A stretch of 28,848 bases of DNA from a virus (IMGVR_UViG_3300024181_000071:1-28848), one strand, 5' to 3'. Shown: positions 1 through 7,021, numbered from the stretch's first letter. The notes: generated by a model from the sequence alone, not told the origin. Translations and numbers: made by a program.

Positions 1-330
1 TTTATCGCCTACCTGCCAAAAGAGCAAAAGGCACGCGCCCTCAAGCTACAGAAATCAGGTGCGAAGATTGCCTACTGGAAGTCCGACAAAAAAGGCCAAC
101 CGTCGAATGGTGGACGCAGTGACCCTGTGCATGTTGGCCTTGTGCAGAAAATTGAAGGCCCGTTGGAGATTTGCAGCTGTCGAGCACTTCATGCGACTTA
201 CGTTCCGTCGAAATGGAATGGCGAGAGAATTTGGCTTGTCGCGCTAATCGGGAAAGTGGTAGAGCAAGAAGATAAGCTGGGTGCTTTGGAGCGGGAAATC
301 CTAGCCGAAATCACGCCGGAGGCCAAATGA
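1..330 (+). CDS. Phage hypothetical protein, 5'-truncated by window edge
   Basis: Frame is open from base 1 (FIAYLPKEQK...WKSDKKG...GPLEICS..LHAT..KWNGERIWLVAL..DKLGALEREI) to TGA 330; stop overlaps the next ATG (ATGA). Confidence 0.75.
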   Translation, partial: FIAYLPKEQKARALKLQKSGAKIAYWKSDKKGQPSNGGRSDPVHVGLVQKIEGPLEICSCRALHATYVPSKWNGERIWLVALIGKVVEQEDKLGALEREILAEITPEAK

Positions 331-458
331 AATTGCCAACGGTGAAATGCCCAACCTGCAAGACGGAATGGATTCCGCGAGTGCCTGAGCCGAAGAAATG
401 CATTAGCTGTGGCAGGCCGTTGGCCGCACGCCGCCAGCAAAAGGAGGGCGCGCAATGA
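327..458 (+). CDS. Small zinc-ribbon protein (43 aa), not in ORF track
   Basis: MKLPTVKCPTCKTEWIPRVPEPKKCISCGRPLAARRQQKEGAQ: CxxC...WxPR...PxxCxxC pattern; ATGA overlaps at both ends. Confidence 0.75.
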   Translation: MKLPTVKCPTCKTEWIPRVPEPKKCISCGRPLAARRQQKEGAQ

Positions 459-664
459 ACACAATGCAAGAATTGCTAATTGAGCGACAGGATGCGGTAA
501 TGGCTATTCTTAAGGAAAAACATTATCCCATAGGACCTGGTCTTATCGCATCTACTTTACATATTCCATGGAACACGGCCAAAAAAGTGCTTAAGTTTCT
601 AGTAGAAACAAGAACAGATGTACTTGCCATGAAAAACGGAACTTATAAATTGGTGCGTCCATGA
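455..664 (+). CDS. Putative winged-helix DNA-binding protein (69 aa)
   Basis: ILKEKHYPIGPGLIASTLHIPWNTAKKVLKFLVE followed by a short beta-wing (KNGTYKL); AAGGAGG upstream; ATGA coupling. Confidence 0.65.
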   Translation: MNTMQELLIERQDAVMAILKEKHYPIGPGLIASTLHIPWNTAKKVLKFLVETRTDVLAMKNGTYKLVRP

Positions 665-951
665 CTACTTTCTCTAGACGCTACAAAGGACCAACGCCCA
701 ACAACGAAAACATAGAGATGGCCATCAGCGGCGAATGGCAAGTTGCGCTAAAGAAGGCCCAAAAAGACATTCTAGACGACTGGGACGCCTACGCCGACAG
801 CCCAGCCAATTCCCGCGAAGAATGGCGGCAGGAAGAACCATTCTCCTGGCGAGGGCTTTTCTTAGGCTTTGCCATGGTAGCGTCGCTGGGCTTTATGGGG
901 TGGGTCTGCTGGCAGTTTTCTCATCTAATCAGAATCCTGGTGGGCTGGTGA
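661..951 (+). CDS. Hypothetical protein with C-terminal transmembrane segment
   Basis: Acidic middle region and hydrophobic C-terminus (GLFLGFAMVASLGFMGWVCW); ATGA coupled. Confidence 0.7.
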   Translation: MTTFSRRYKGPTPNNENIEMAISGEWQVALKKAQKDILDDWDAYADSPANSREEWRQEEPFSWRGLFLGFAMVASLGFMGWVCWQFSHLIRILVGW

Positions 952-1121
952 AATACAGCAATAGCACTCTTTGGTTTCGAGGAATTGTCTATCCTGTTGG
1001 GGCTGTAGCCTTCCTTCGTTGGTGTGGGTGGACCTATCCTCCAGCAATTGTTTTCAGCCTTATTGTTGGCCTTTACGGACTGATTTGTTTAGTGATAGCC
1101 ATAGAGGAAAGGGACTTATGA
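948..1121 (+). CDS. Small two-TM membrane protein (57 aa, GTG start)
   Basis: GTGA overlap with the upstream stop; two hydrophobic stretches; this is the real part of track ORF 735..1121. Confidence 0.6.
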   Translation: MKYSNSTLWFRGIVYPVGAVAFLRWCGWTYPPAIVFSLIVGLYGLICLVIAIEERDL

Positions 1122-1249
1122 GGCCAAAGGGAACAGTGATTCTAAATTATTTTTACTACGTAGGATTTATCCTGCTTATGACTTTTTTTGGTGCGTCGGT
1201 ACTGGTTCGGCTAGACAGAATCATCGAACTGTTGAAGCAACAGCCATGA
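1118..1249 (+). CDS. Small single-TM protein (43 aa)
   Basis: MRPKGTVILNYFYYVGFILLMTFFGASVLVRLDRIIELLKQQP; ATGA overlaps on both sides. Confidence 0.6.
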   Translation: MRPKGTVILNYFYYVGFILLMTFFGASVLVRLDRIIELLKQQP

Positions 1250-1383
1250 GCGAAGTTTACGACAAAACAGTATGTAAATTATTTGGTCCATGTAGCCCTT
1301 CGCCTAGAAAAGAAGTTGTCTTAACAGGGATATTTGGAGGCTGCCTATTGGTTCATCTTTTTTGGAGGTATTGGCTGCAATGA
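1246..1383 (+). CDS. Small hypothetical protein (45 aa), hydrophobic C-terminus, not in ORF track
   Basis: MSEVYDKTVCKLFGPCSPSPRKEVVLTGIFGGCLLVHLFWRYWLQ fills the gap exactly, with ATGA overlaps at 1246 and 1380. Confidence 0.5.
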   Translation: MSEVYDKTVCKLFGPCSPSPRKEVVLTGIFGGCLLVHLFWRYWLQ

Positions 1384-1640
1384 GGGATAAGCGCATGGAC
1401 AATCGGCCTACTGCTCCGCATGAGCTTTTGCTAATCCGCGTTGGGCACCATCTTTGGCGGGAATGGAAGTCTAAGGACGCCAAGGGATGGCCAAAAGCGC
1501 CACTTTTCACCGCGCTAGAGGCTGTTTGGGAGGCAAAGGAGCAGATTCGGGTGCCGTTGCGGAAAGAATGGCTGGATTTCGTGGAGAATCGAAAAAAGAG
1601 GGGCCAAGCCCAAATAGCAAGAATCAGAGGCAAAGCATGA
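1380..1640 (+). CDS. Hypothetical basic protein
   Basis: ATG at 1380 overlaps the upstream stop, GGAGG upstream; stop overlaps the next ATG. Confidence 0.65.
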   Translation: MRDKRMDNRPTAPHELLLIRVGHHLWREWKSKDAKGWPKAPLFTALEAVWEAKEQIRVPLRKEWLDFVENRKKRGQAQIARIRGKA

Positions 1641-1864
1641 CGCACCTTGAGCAAGAGATGTTCAAGATCATCCGCAGGCGAGACGATGACGAGCACTACG
1701 GTTATGCGGACATGGTGCGCGATATAGAAGCTCTGTTTGGGCTAACGGCGGTGAGGAACGCGGTGAGGTTGTGGAAGCTGACGGGAGACAGTGAAGGGGC
1801 AATGGCCGTAATCGAGCAGGCCCTGCGGCAGACGCAGCAGGTGGAGGGGCGGGATGCTAATTGA
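1637..1864 (+). CDS. Hypothetical protein (75 aa)
   Basis: MTHLEQEMFK... starts at the ATGA overlap at 1637; helical, phage-like composition. Confidence 0.6.
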   Translation: MTHLEQEMFKIIRRRDDDEHYGYADMVRDIEALFGLTAVRNAVRLWKLTGDSEGAMAVIEQALRQTQQVEGRDAN

Positions 1865-2069
1865 AATCAAAGACTGGCGAGACGACCTGCGGGTTGGCGA
1901 TTTGACCTATTACAAACAGACTTTGCTGAAGGTCATAAAGGTAATCAACCATCCAGTTGGGCTTAAGCGAAAATACCGTGGCATGTCCGGCAAGACGGTA
2001 AAGTTTCGCAAGATTGGGCGTGTACGCCTAAAGCCGTATGACATTCAGGCCGCCCAGCCGCACGGCTAG
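1854..2069 (+). CDS. Hypothetical basic beta-rich protein (71 aa)
   Basis: GGAGG upstream; overlaps previous gene; DLRVGD pattern suggests an SH3-like fold (weak). Confidence 0.6.
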   Translation: MLIEIKDWRDDLRVGDLTYYKQTLLKVIKVINHPVGLKRKYRGMSGKTVKFRKIGRVRLKPYDIQAAQPHG

Positions 2070-2117
2070 AAGGGACTGCGAGCCAGTTTGCACAGGCAGG
2101 GGAATGAGAGGAGCGAC

Positions 2118-2300
2118 ATGGCAAGGAAAATTTACCAGTGTGAGCAGTGCAAGGGATATACGGACTACGAATTGACGCTGATTGAACTCAAAGCAGCCGA
2201 TTACAGTTCGGGAACGAAAGAATGGTGCGATGACTGCTTGGCTAAGGTGAAGCAGCGCCCAACGATAGAACGGCCTAAGCCGATGCGCGTTGAAGCCTGA
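2118..2300 (+). CDS. Small zinc-finger protein (60 aa)
   Basis: AGGAG SD then MARKIYQCEQC...WCDDCL (two CxxC). Confidence 0.7.
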   Translation: MARKIYQCEQCKGYTDYELTLIELKAADYSSGTKEWCDDCLAKVKQRPTIERPKPMRVEA

Positions 2301-2321
2301 CCGATAAAGGAGGGAGACGAA

Positions 2322-2735
2322 ATGGGAATCGAATACACAACCGAAGGGTCGATTGACCCTGAACGGCATGACGAAGCAAGGGAATTGTACGAAGCTGAAC
2401 AGGAGCGTAACGCCGCCGCCCCACCACCGGCGAATGACGAGCTGCGGATACAGCTAGCGAAAGCGATACACAAGGAAAATGATTTGTGTGTGCGCGAAGG
2501 GGCAGAAGAATCTTGGGATGCGGGGTACGAATGCCAATGCTGTCAAATGGCCGATGCTGTATTGCCGCTTCTCGCCCAAGTCGCAGCGCGAGCGCGGGCC
2601 GAGGCTTACGAAGATGCCGCAAGGTTTGTCGAAGCCAACACTCCATATCAGCAAGGCGTAGGCTCAGTGGGTGTCGCGATGGCGAAGTATCTCAGGGAGC
2701 GCGGGGCCGAACTCCAGAAGGCGGCGGGCGAATGA
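2322..2735 (+). CDS. Phage hypothetical protein (137 aa)
   Basis: AAGGAGG SD; contains the ARAEAYEDAARFVE...MAKYLR motif common in small phage early proteins. Confidence 0.7.
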   Translation: MGIEYTTEGSIDPERHDEARELYEAEQERNAAAPPPANDELRIQLAKAIHKENDLCVREGAEESWDAGYECQCCQMADAVLPLLAQVAARARAEAYEDAARFVEANTPYQQGVGSVGVAMAKYLRERGAELQKAAGE

Positions 2736-2953
2736 GCCATCCAGATTTCAAGAACAAAGGTAACGCGCTCGGGAAGTTCATCGAAGAGTGTGGCGAGGCC
2801 CTTGCAGCGGCGGGTAAGACAGTCCGGTTTGGCTGGAGCAGCTACAATCCGTTACCGGGCGCGAGCACCGAAACGAACGAGGCGTGGCTCCGGCGCGAAG
2901 TCACTGACCTCGAAGAAGCGATTTCGCGATTGAAAGAATCGCGGAGATGGTAG
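2732..2953 (+). CDS. MazG-like/NTP-pyrophosphohydrolase-fold protein (73 aa)
   Basis: ATGA overlap at 2732; IEECGE...GKTVRFG...LRREVTDL fits the all-alpha NTP-PPase EExxE...ExxD pattern. Confidence 0.55.
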   Translation: MSHPDFKNKGNALGKFIEECGEALAAAGKTVRFGWSSYNPLPGASTETNEAWLRREVTDLEEAISRLKESRRW

Positions 2954-2983
2954 AAAGGCTGGTGCGCTAATGGAGACTTAACG

Positions 2984-3154
2984 ATGACGATAAGCATTGT
3001 TCCGGCTGAACGCGGATGGTGGCGTTGGGAGATTTGGGATGGGTTACGCGGAGGAAAGCAGACATTGATTGTTTACGGGCACAGGTATTTATATGCGGAC
3101 GCTGCCAGCGAGGCACAAAGACGATTTGAGAAAGAGAAGCGAAATGGAGACTGA
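2984..3154 (+). CDS. Small Trp-rich hypothetical protein (56 aa), not in ORF track
   Basis: GGAG SD, MTISIVPAERGWWRWEIWDGLRGGKQTLIVYGHRYLYADAASEAQRRFEKEKRNGD. Confidence 0.55.
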   Translation: MTISIVPAERGWWRWEIWDGLRGGKQTLIVYGHRYLYADAASEAQRRFEKEKRNGD

Positions 3155-3263
3155 ACGAATGCGAGCGGCGCTTGTGGCTGCGTCACTGTACATATGTGGA
3201 ACGAACTTGTAAAAGCAGGGCTGGCCAACCCAGTCGCAGCGGCACCGCAGCCGCAAAAAGACA

Positions 3264-3292
3264 TTGAAAAAGGGCTTCGTTGAGACTAGTGT
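3264..3292 (+). promoter_or_regulatory. Putative sigma70-type promoter for the lipoprotein/Acb2-Tad1-like cassette
   Basis: TTGAAA (3264-3269), 17 nt spacer, TAGTGT (3287-3292), 18 nt before ATG 3311; AAAGGGCTT occurs at 3269 and 3301. Confidence 0.45.
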
Positions 3293-3310
3293 AGCTTCAG
3301 AAAGGGCTTT

Positions 3311-3727
3311 ATGAGAAAACTAGCAGTTCTGCTTTTAGTAGTTTCCCTCTCCGGCTGTGCCGCACGTCCAATCCATCCAGGTACGGCAAACTCCTTCGAC
3401 AGTTCGGTTTATGATTCGCTGCTGGTGACGCACAACGTCATCGAGAGCACCAAGACGGAGCTTTCAAGCAACTCGTTCTCGCCAAGCATTGCCCCGAACG
3501 TGAAAGCCGCACTGAACAAGCTCATCGCCATCTACAACGACACCGATACGCTCTACTGCAACCCGCCTCAGGGTGCTGGCCCCACGGATTCCTGTGCTGC
3601 GACTTCCTACCATGCGCTAGCCGTTGCAGGACAGAGCACACCGGCACTAGACGCACAGATGAGAGCAAAAGCTACGGACATGAATAGCGCAGTGACTGCC
3701 CTCACCGCCGCAAAAGGAGGAAATTGA
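3311..3727 (+). CDS. Lipoprotein (138 aa)
   Basis: MRK, hydrophobic core, lipobox LSG-C16; helical mature part with one additional Cys pair. Confidence 0.85.
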   Translation: MRKLAVLLLVVSLSGCAARPIHPGTANSFDSSVYDSLLVTHNVIESTKTELSSNSFSPSIAPNVKAALNKLIAIYNDTDTLYCNPPQGAGPTDSCAATSYHALAVAGQSTPALDAQMRAKATDMNSAVTALTAAKGGN

Positions 3728-3728
3728 A

Positions 3729-3950
3729 ATGCAATACCCAACACCGGACCTAGAAAATATATTCAAGTACCATGCACCGACATCTGACCAGCTTCCGAAA
3801 TATGAAAAACTTAGAGCTGCGGCTAAGGCATTCGCTCAAGCCATTGTTGATAATTCACCACAAGGCCCTGACCAAACCGCAGCTATTCGCAAGGTACGGG
3901 AAGCCGTAATGACAGCGAATGCGGCTATTGCGTTGGAAGGAAAACTTTAA
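3729..3950 (+). CDS. Acb2/Tad1-like helical-hairpin protein (DUF7681-type), candidate nucleotide-signal sponge
   Basis: FKYHAP..DQ..KYEKLR..AK.FA.....P...DQTAAIRKVREAVMTANAAIA resembles, from recall, the FxYHxP...EAVMxANAAIA family; AAGGAGG SD. Confidence 0.65.
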   Translation: MQYPTPDLENIFKYHAPTSDQLPKYEKLRAAAKAFAQAIVDNSPQGPDQTAAIRKVREAVMTANAAIALEGKL

Positions 3951-4177
3951 TGAGCACTGTACCCGTGGCAATTCCCGGCCCTTCCAAAATTCAGACGATA
4001 CTCAACATAATCAATTTCGCGCTCCAGGGATTGGCTCTCGTTCCGGGGCTTGGCGCTCCTATCGCGCTAGAACAGGCTCTTCAGCGCATCCTGATGAACG
4101 CACTGGCTGCCTATCAACAGGAATCGGGCAAGCCGTTCAGCATCACAGAAATACCGTTAGAAACTCCCGTTCCTTGA
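3950..4177 (+). CDS. Hypothetical protein (75 aa), amphipathic/hydrophobic helices
   Basis: TAATG overlap with upstream gene; ILNIINFALQGLALVPGLGAPIAL is hydrophobic. Confidence 0.7.
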   Translation: MSTVPVAIPGPSKIQTILNIINFALQGLALVPGLGAPIALEQALQRILMNALAAYQQESGKPFSITEIPLETPVP

Positions 4178-4183
4178 GTTCTT

Positions 4184-4513
4184 ATGGCAGATTCAAAACA
4201 AAGGGAAAGACATAGAAGGTTATACTGGAAAAACATAGAAAAAAGCCGAGAGAAGGGCAGGCAAAAAAGCAGACGCAGAGCTACTCGCGGCACCTTGCAT
4301 CAAAGAGACTGGTTTGAACCAAAAGACCGGGCGAGGATGACATTATCATCCCAAATTAAACAGGGTAAAATTAAAAAACCAAATTATTGCTCTAGGTGCA
4401 ATAGAGAAACCGCATCGCATTTAATCCATGCACACCATGGGGATTACTCCAAACCATTAGAAGTAATCTGGCTCTGTTCCAAATGTCACGGGTTAACCAC
4501 GAGGAAGGATTAG
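4184..4513 (+). CDS. HNH-like endonuclease (HHxDYSKPLxVxWLC type)
   Basis: Basic N-terminus, CSRC...HAHHGDYSKPLEVIWLCSKCH; visibly more AT-rich than neighbours. Confidence 0.75.
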   Translation: MADSKQRERHRRLYWKNIEKSREKGRQKSRRRATRGTLHQRDWFEPKDRARMTLSSQIKQGKIKKPNYCSRCNRETASHLIHAHHGDYSKPLEVIWLCSKCHGLTTRKD

Positions 4514-4594
4514 CTATAGGGCTGGCGCCCGTAGCTATTAGCAAAGGAGGAAGCGCAGCCGTCAATCAGGGAAGGTCTTGGTCGGCGGCTGCGC
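4511..4594. terminator. Two tandem hairpins at the convergence of the + and - transcription units
   Basis: TAGCTAT-A-GGGC/TGGC/GCCC-GTAGCTA (4511-4537) and GCGCAGCCGTC...GGCGGCTGCGC (4553-4594); no clear poly-U tail. Confidence 0.5.
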
Positions 4595-4617
4595 CTTACT
4601 GCACTGAGGGGAACTTG

Positions 4618-5049
4618 TTAGTTGGGCGTGATAACGAGTTGAACGGTTTCAACGGGCTGGTCAGTAACCGTATCGCTTCCCGACGTGCCATCAATGTCCG
4701 TTCCTGTGATTGTTGCTACTCCCGCTGCCACTGCCGTGATGAGACCGCTCGCGGGGTCCACCGTAGCAATCGAGGCATCGCTGGACGTATATACAGCGGC
4801 ACCCTTGAGCGGAATTTCCGTAGTGCCTGAGAAGCGATGCGCTGCGGCTGTTGCGGTCTTACCAACTGGCAATTGAACTGGCATGAATGTTTCTCCTTTT
4901 TCGGTACGAATCCCAAGCCTGACTGACTGCTGTGGCTGAGAAAGTCTTTTCAAAAGCTCTACAAGCTCTTCGATGGCGCTCGCAATGCGCCCAGCGGCAT
5001 TCCTAATCATGCCGAGGTCGTAAACTTCCAACTTCTCCCAATCGGTCAA
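4618..5049 (-). CDS. Ig-like (Big_2-type) domain protein with probable second in-frame start at 4884
   Basis: VYTSSDASIATVDPASGLITAVAAGVATITGT is a Big_2 signature; TTG start overlaps upstream stop; AAGGAG SD lies 8 nt before the internal ATG. Confidence 0.8.
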   Translation of the reverse strand: MTDWEKLEVYDLGMIRNAAGRIASAIEELVELLKRLSQPQQSVRLGIRTEKGETFMPVQLPVGKTATAAAHRFSGTTEIPLKGAAVYTSSDASIATVDPASGLITAVAAGVATITGTDIDGTSGSDTVTDQPVETVQLVITPN

Positions 5050-5237
5050 TGCCCTACCCTCACGTTACCGAGGCCCGCAAATAGGCCAAATACATTCAGA
5101 AGCCATAGCACAACGGCGATGACCACCACGATGTTGATGATTTTCTTGATGGGATCGGCCATCGGGATGTAGGTATTCGCCAGCCAGAGCAGGACTCCGA
5201 CGACGATGAGCGTGATAACTATCGTAATGAGCGGCAT
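5046..5237 (-). CDS. Thivi_2564-family-like small two-TM membrane protein
   Basis: LIVVGVLLWLANTYIPMADPIKKIINIVVVIAVVLWLL matches the family consensus as recalled. Confidence 0.8.
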   Translation of the reverse strand: MPLITIVITLIVVGVLLWLANTYIPMADPIKKIINIVVVIAVVLWLLNVFGLFAGLGNVRVGH

Positions 5238-5292
5238 GATGGCCTCATTTTTACCTGTTCACCGCCATAATGTCTGTTCACTATGGCGCACG

Positions 5293-5694
5293 TCAAGATA
5301 AAATCTCAATCGTCACAGAATCTCCCGCCGAGAACGCAGCGGCAATCTTTTCATACAGCGCATCGAAGGCCAGTCGGCTCTCGCCTATCCAGCAGGGATT
5401 GGCCGGAGTCCATGTTCTGCCTACGAGGATGCAGCCTTCGGTGTTGGCTTCGTCGTTTCCCCAGTGAATGAGTATGTTTGAGCGATTGGGGATGCCGTCG
5501 ATATGCGGTACGTTCCGTCCGAACCTCGGAGAAACTCTATTTGCAACGAGAAAGATTCCAGTCGGTATCGCACTCCCTGGTAAACCATCGCGTACTGGCA
5601 ATTCGAGTGTGTGGCATTCGATGACGTTTTCGACATACAGTTCTCCTATCGTGCACGTTTCGTTCATCAGCTTGCGCTCAAGGGTCAGTTTCAA
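5293..5694 (-). CDS. DUF5675-family protein (L,D-transpeptidase-like), candidate endolysin
   Basis: TIGELY...CHTLELP...AIPTG...SPRFG...ILIHWGN...TEGCILVG...SRLAF motifs. Confidence 0.85.
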   Translation of the reverse strand: MKLTLERKLMNETCTIGELYVENVIECHTLELPVRDGLPGSAIPTGIFLVANRVSPRFGRNVPHIDGIPNRSNILIHWGNDEANTEGCILVGRTWTPANPCWIGESRLAFDALYEKIAAAFSAGDSVTIEILS

Positions 5695-5840
5695 GGCTTC
5701 TTCCTCTTCGGGTAGTTCTTCATCTGCTCTTTAATCAGCTTCACGCACTCCTCGCAGTAATCAACAGGTATCTCGCCGTTCAGCCGCACGGTGTGGATTT
5801 CGCTCTTGGGCACGTTCTTGCCGCACTTAGCGCAAATCAC
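5691..5840 (-). CDS. Small zinc-finger protein (49 aa), not in ORF track
   Basis: GTG start in GTGA overlap; MICAKCGKNVPKSEIHTVRLNGEIPVDYCEECVKLIKEQMKNYPKRKKP; stop overlaps the DUF5675 start. Confidence 0.7.
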   Translation of the reverse strand: MICAKCGKNVPKSEIHTVRLNGEIPVDYCEECVKLIKEQMKNYPKRKKP

Positions 5841-6232
5841 CGCTTGCTCCAGAACACGATTACCCAGCCTATCGCGGCAAGCGCCAGCATGAGGACTTTG
5901 TCCATCGTCCAGCGGTTCGTTGCCACGCCGCCCGTCTTCAAAGATTCTATCTTCTCTTCCAGTCCCCTGAACCGCGAATCAGCTTCGGCTCTTGGCACCA
6001 GCGTTGCCGCTTGATCTTTAAGCTGGCCACGGAACTCGTTTACACTGTCGAACCGCTTCTCTGTTGCAATCTCCGCCTTGGCTACAGCTTTCTCGCTGGC
6101 CGTCAAAGCAAGGGAAGTCTTTTCATCCATTGCCTTGAACCGCTGCTCATAGCGCACGTCACGCTCATCCATGATGGAAACGATGGAATTTATCTTCTCC
6201 AGCAATTCGCGCGAAGTGAGGTCATCAGCCAT
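5837..6232 (-). CDS. Coiled-coil protein with C-terminal TM anchor (lysis-module associated)
   Basis: AVAKAEIATEKRFDSVNEFRGQLKDQ coiled coil, then LMLALAAIGWVIVFW and basic tail. Confidence 0.75.
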   Translation of the reverse strand: MADDLTSRELLEKINSIVSIMDERDVRYEQRFKAMDEKTSLALTASEKAVAKAEIATEKRFDSVNEFRGQLKDQAATLVPRAEADSRFRGLEEKIESLKTGGVATNRWTMDKVLMLALAAIGWVIVFWSKR

Positions 6233-6824
6233 GTTCTCTCCGCATCTTAACGCCTACCGCCAGAAAAGCAACGACACAAAACGCTGTGGGGACTATCCAA
6301 CCTGATTCCATCCATCCTGCATCGGGCTTCTCGATGAGCCACGCCCAGAAGAAGGCCGACAAACTCATCCACAGGATACCCAGAATGAAATACACGTCGA
6401 TTCTCTTGCCGGAGAAAAACGACACGCTCGCCAGTATGAAGCCAAGCCCGTAAAATATGGCTGCCCTGAGGAACATGAGCCAGTCGTTAAAATCCATTGT
6501 TCTGTGGATACCAAAGAAGATTGAGCGCGAGATAAACAGCGTGACGAGGACGGCAAGGGACATCCGCCTCAGGCGGTAGGTGTAGCCGAGGATAGCCTCC
6601 CAGACGACGCCCAGAGCCGCTAGGACGATAGGAATCGTAAAAGACAGGTAAATTACCGAGTAGACGCGGGAAGAGTCGCCAGCGGCGTTTACAACCCAGC
6701 TACCGGCTATTGTGGCGAGGAGTTCAACTGCGAAGTAGAAGAAGATGATGGGATGCCTCCACGAACGCCATGCCGCAAATGAGCAAGCGCCGAGCAAGCA
6801 CCCCACTCTCAGAAGTTCAATCAA
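6225..6824 (-). CDS. Polytopic (6-7 TM) membrane protein
   Basis: Repeated hydrophobic segments over 199 aa; early RHPIIFFYF and VYSVIY patterns; TTGA coupling. Confidence 0.8.
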   Translation of the reverse strand: MIELLRVGCLLGACSFAAWRSWRHPIIFFYFAVELLATIAGSWVVNAAGDSSRVYSVIYLSFTIPIVLAALGVVWEAILGYTYRLRRMSLAVLVTLFISRSIFFGIHRTMDFNDWLMFLRAAIFYGLGFILASVSFFSGKRIDVYFILGILWMSLSAFFWAWLIEKPDAGWMESGWIVPTAFCVVAFLAVGVKMRREHG

Positions 6825-7012
6825 TCGTCCTTTTTCTGCGTAGCGGAGATGGTGAACTTGGTGCCCTTGGCGACGAAGTACGCTACATCTTCGGCGGAAA
6901 GGTCAGTGAACTTGCAGATGCCGTTCGGCCCTACAAGGGTGACGGTATCTTTTGACATCTCTTTCACTTCAAAAACGCCCACGACTTCACGGGGCGGCGG
7001 ATTTCCGGACAA
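6821..7012 (-). CDS. Small hypothetical protein (63 aa)
   Basis: AGGAGG SD before TTG start; stop overlaps the start of the TM protein. Confidence 0.7.
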   Translation of the reverse strand: MSGNPPPREVVGVFEVKEMSKDTVTLVGPNGICKFTDLSAEDVAYFVAKGTKFTISATQKKDD

Positions 7013-7021
7013 GGTATCCTC

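Noticed and set aside
735-2731. Long 5' extensions of track ORFs 735..1121, 971..1249, 1487..1864 and 2486..2953
   Set aside because: They overlap upstream genes; downstream starts at stop/start overlaps (948, 1118, 1637, 2732) fit better.
5257-5279. LexA box of GTTC-N7-GTTC type
   Set aside because: The two GTTC are 15 nt apart, not 7.
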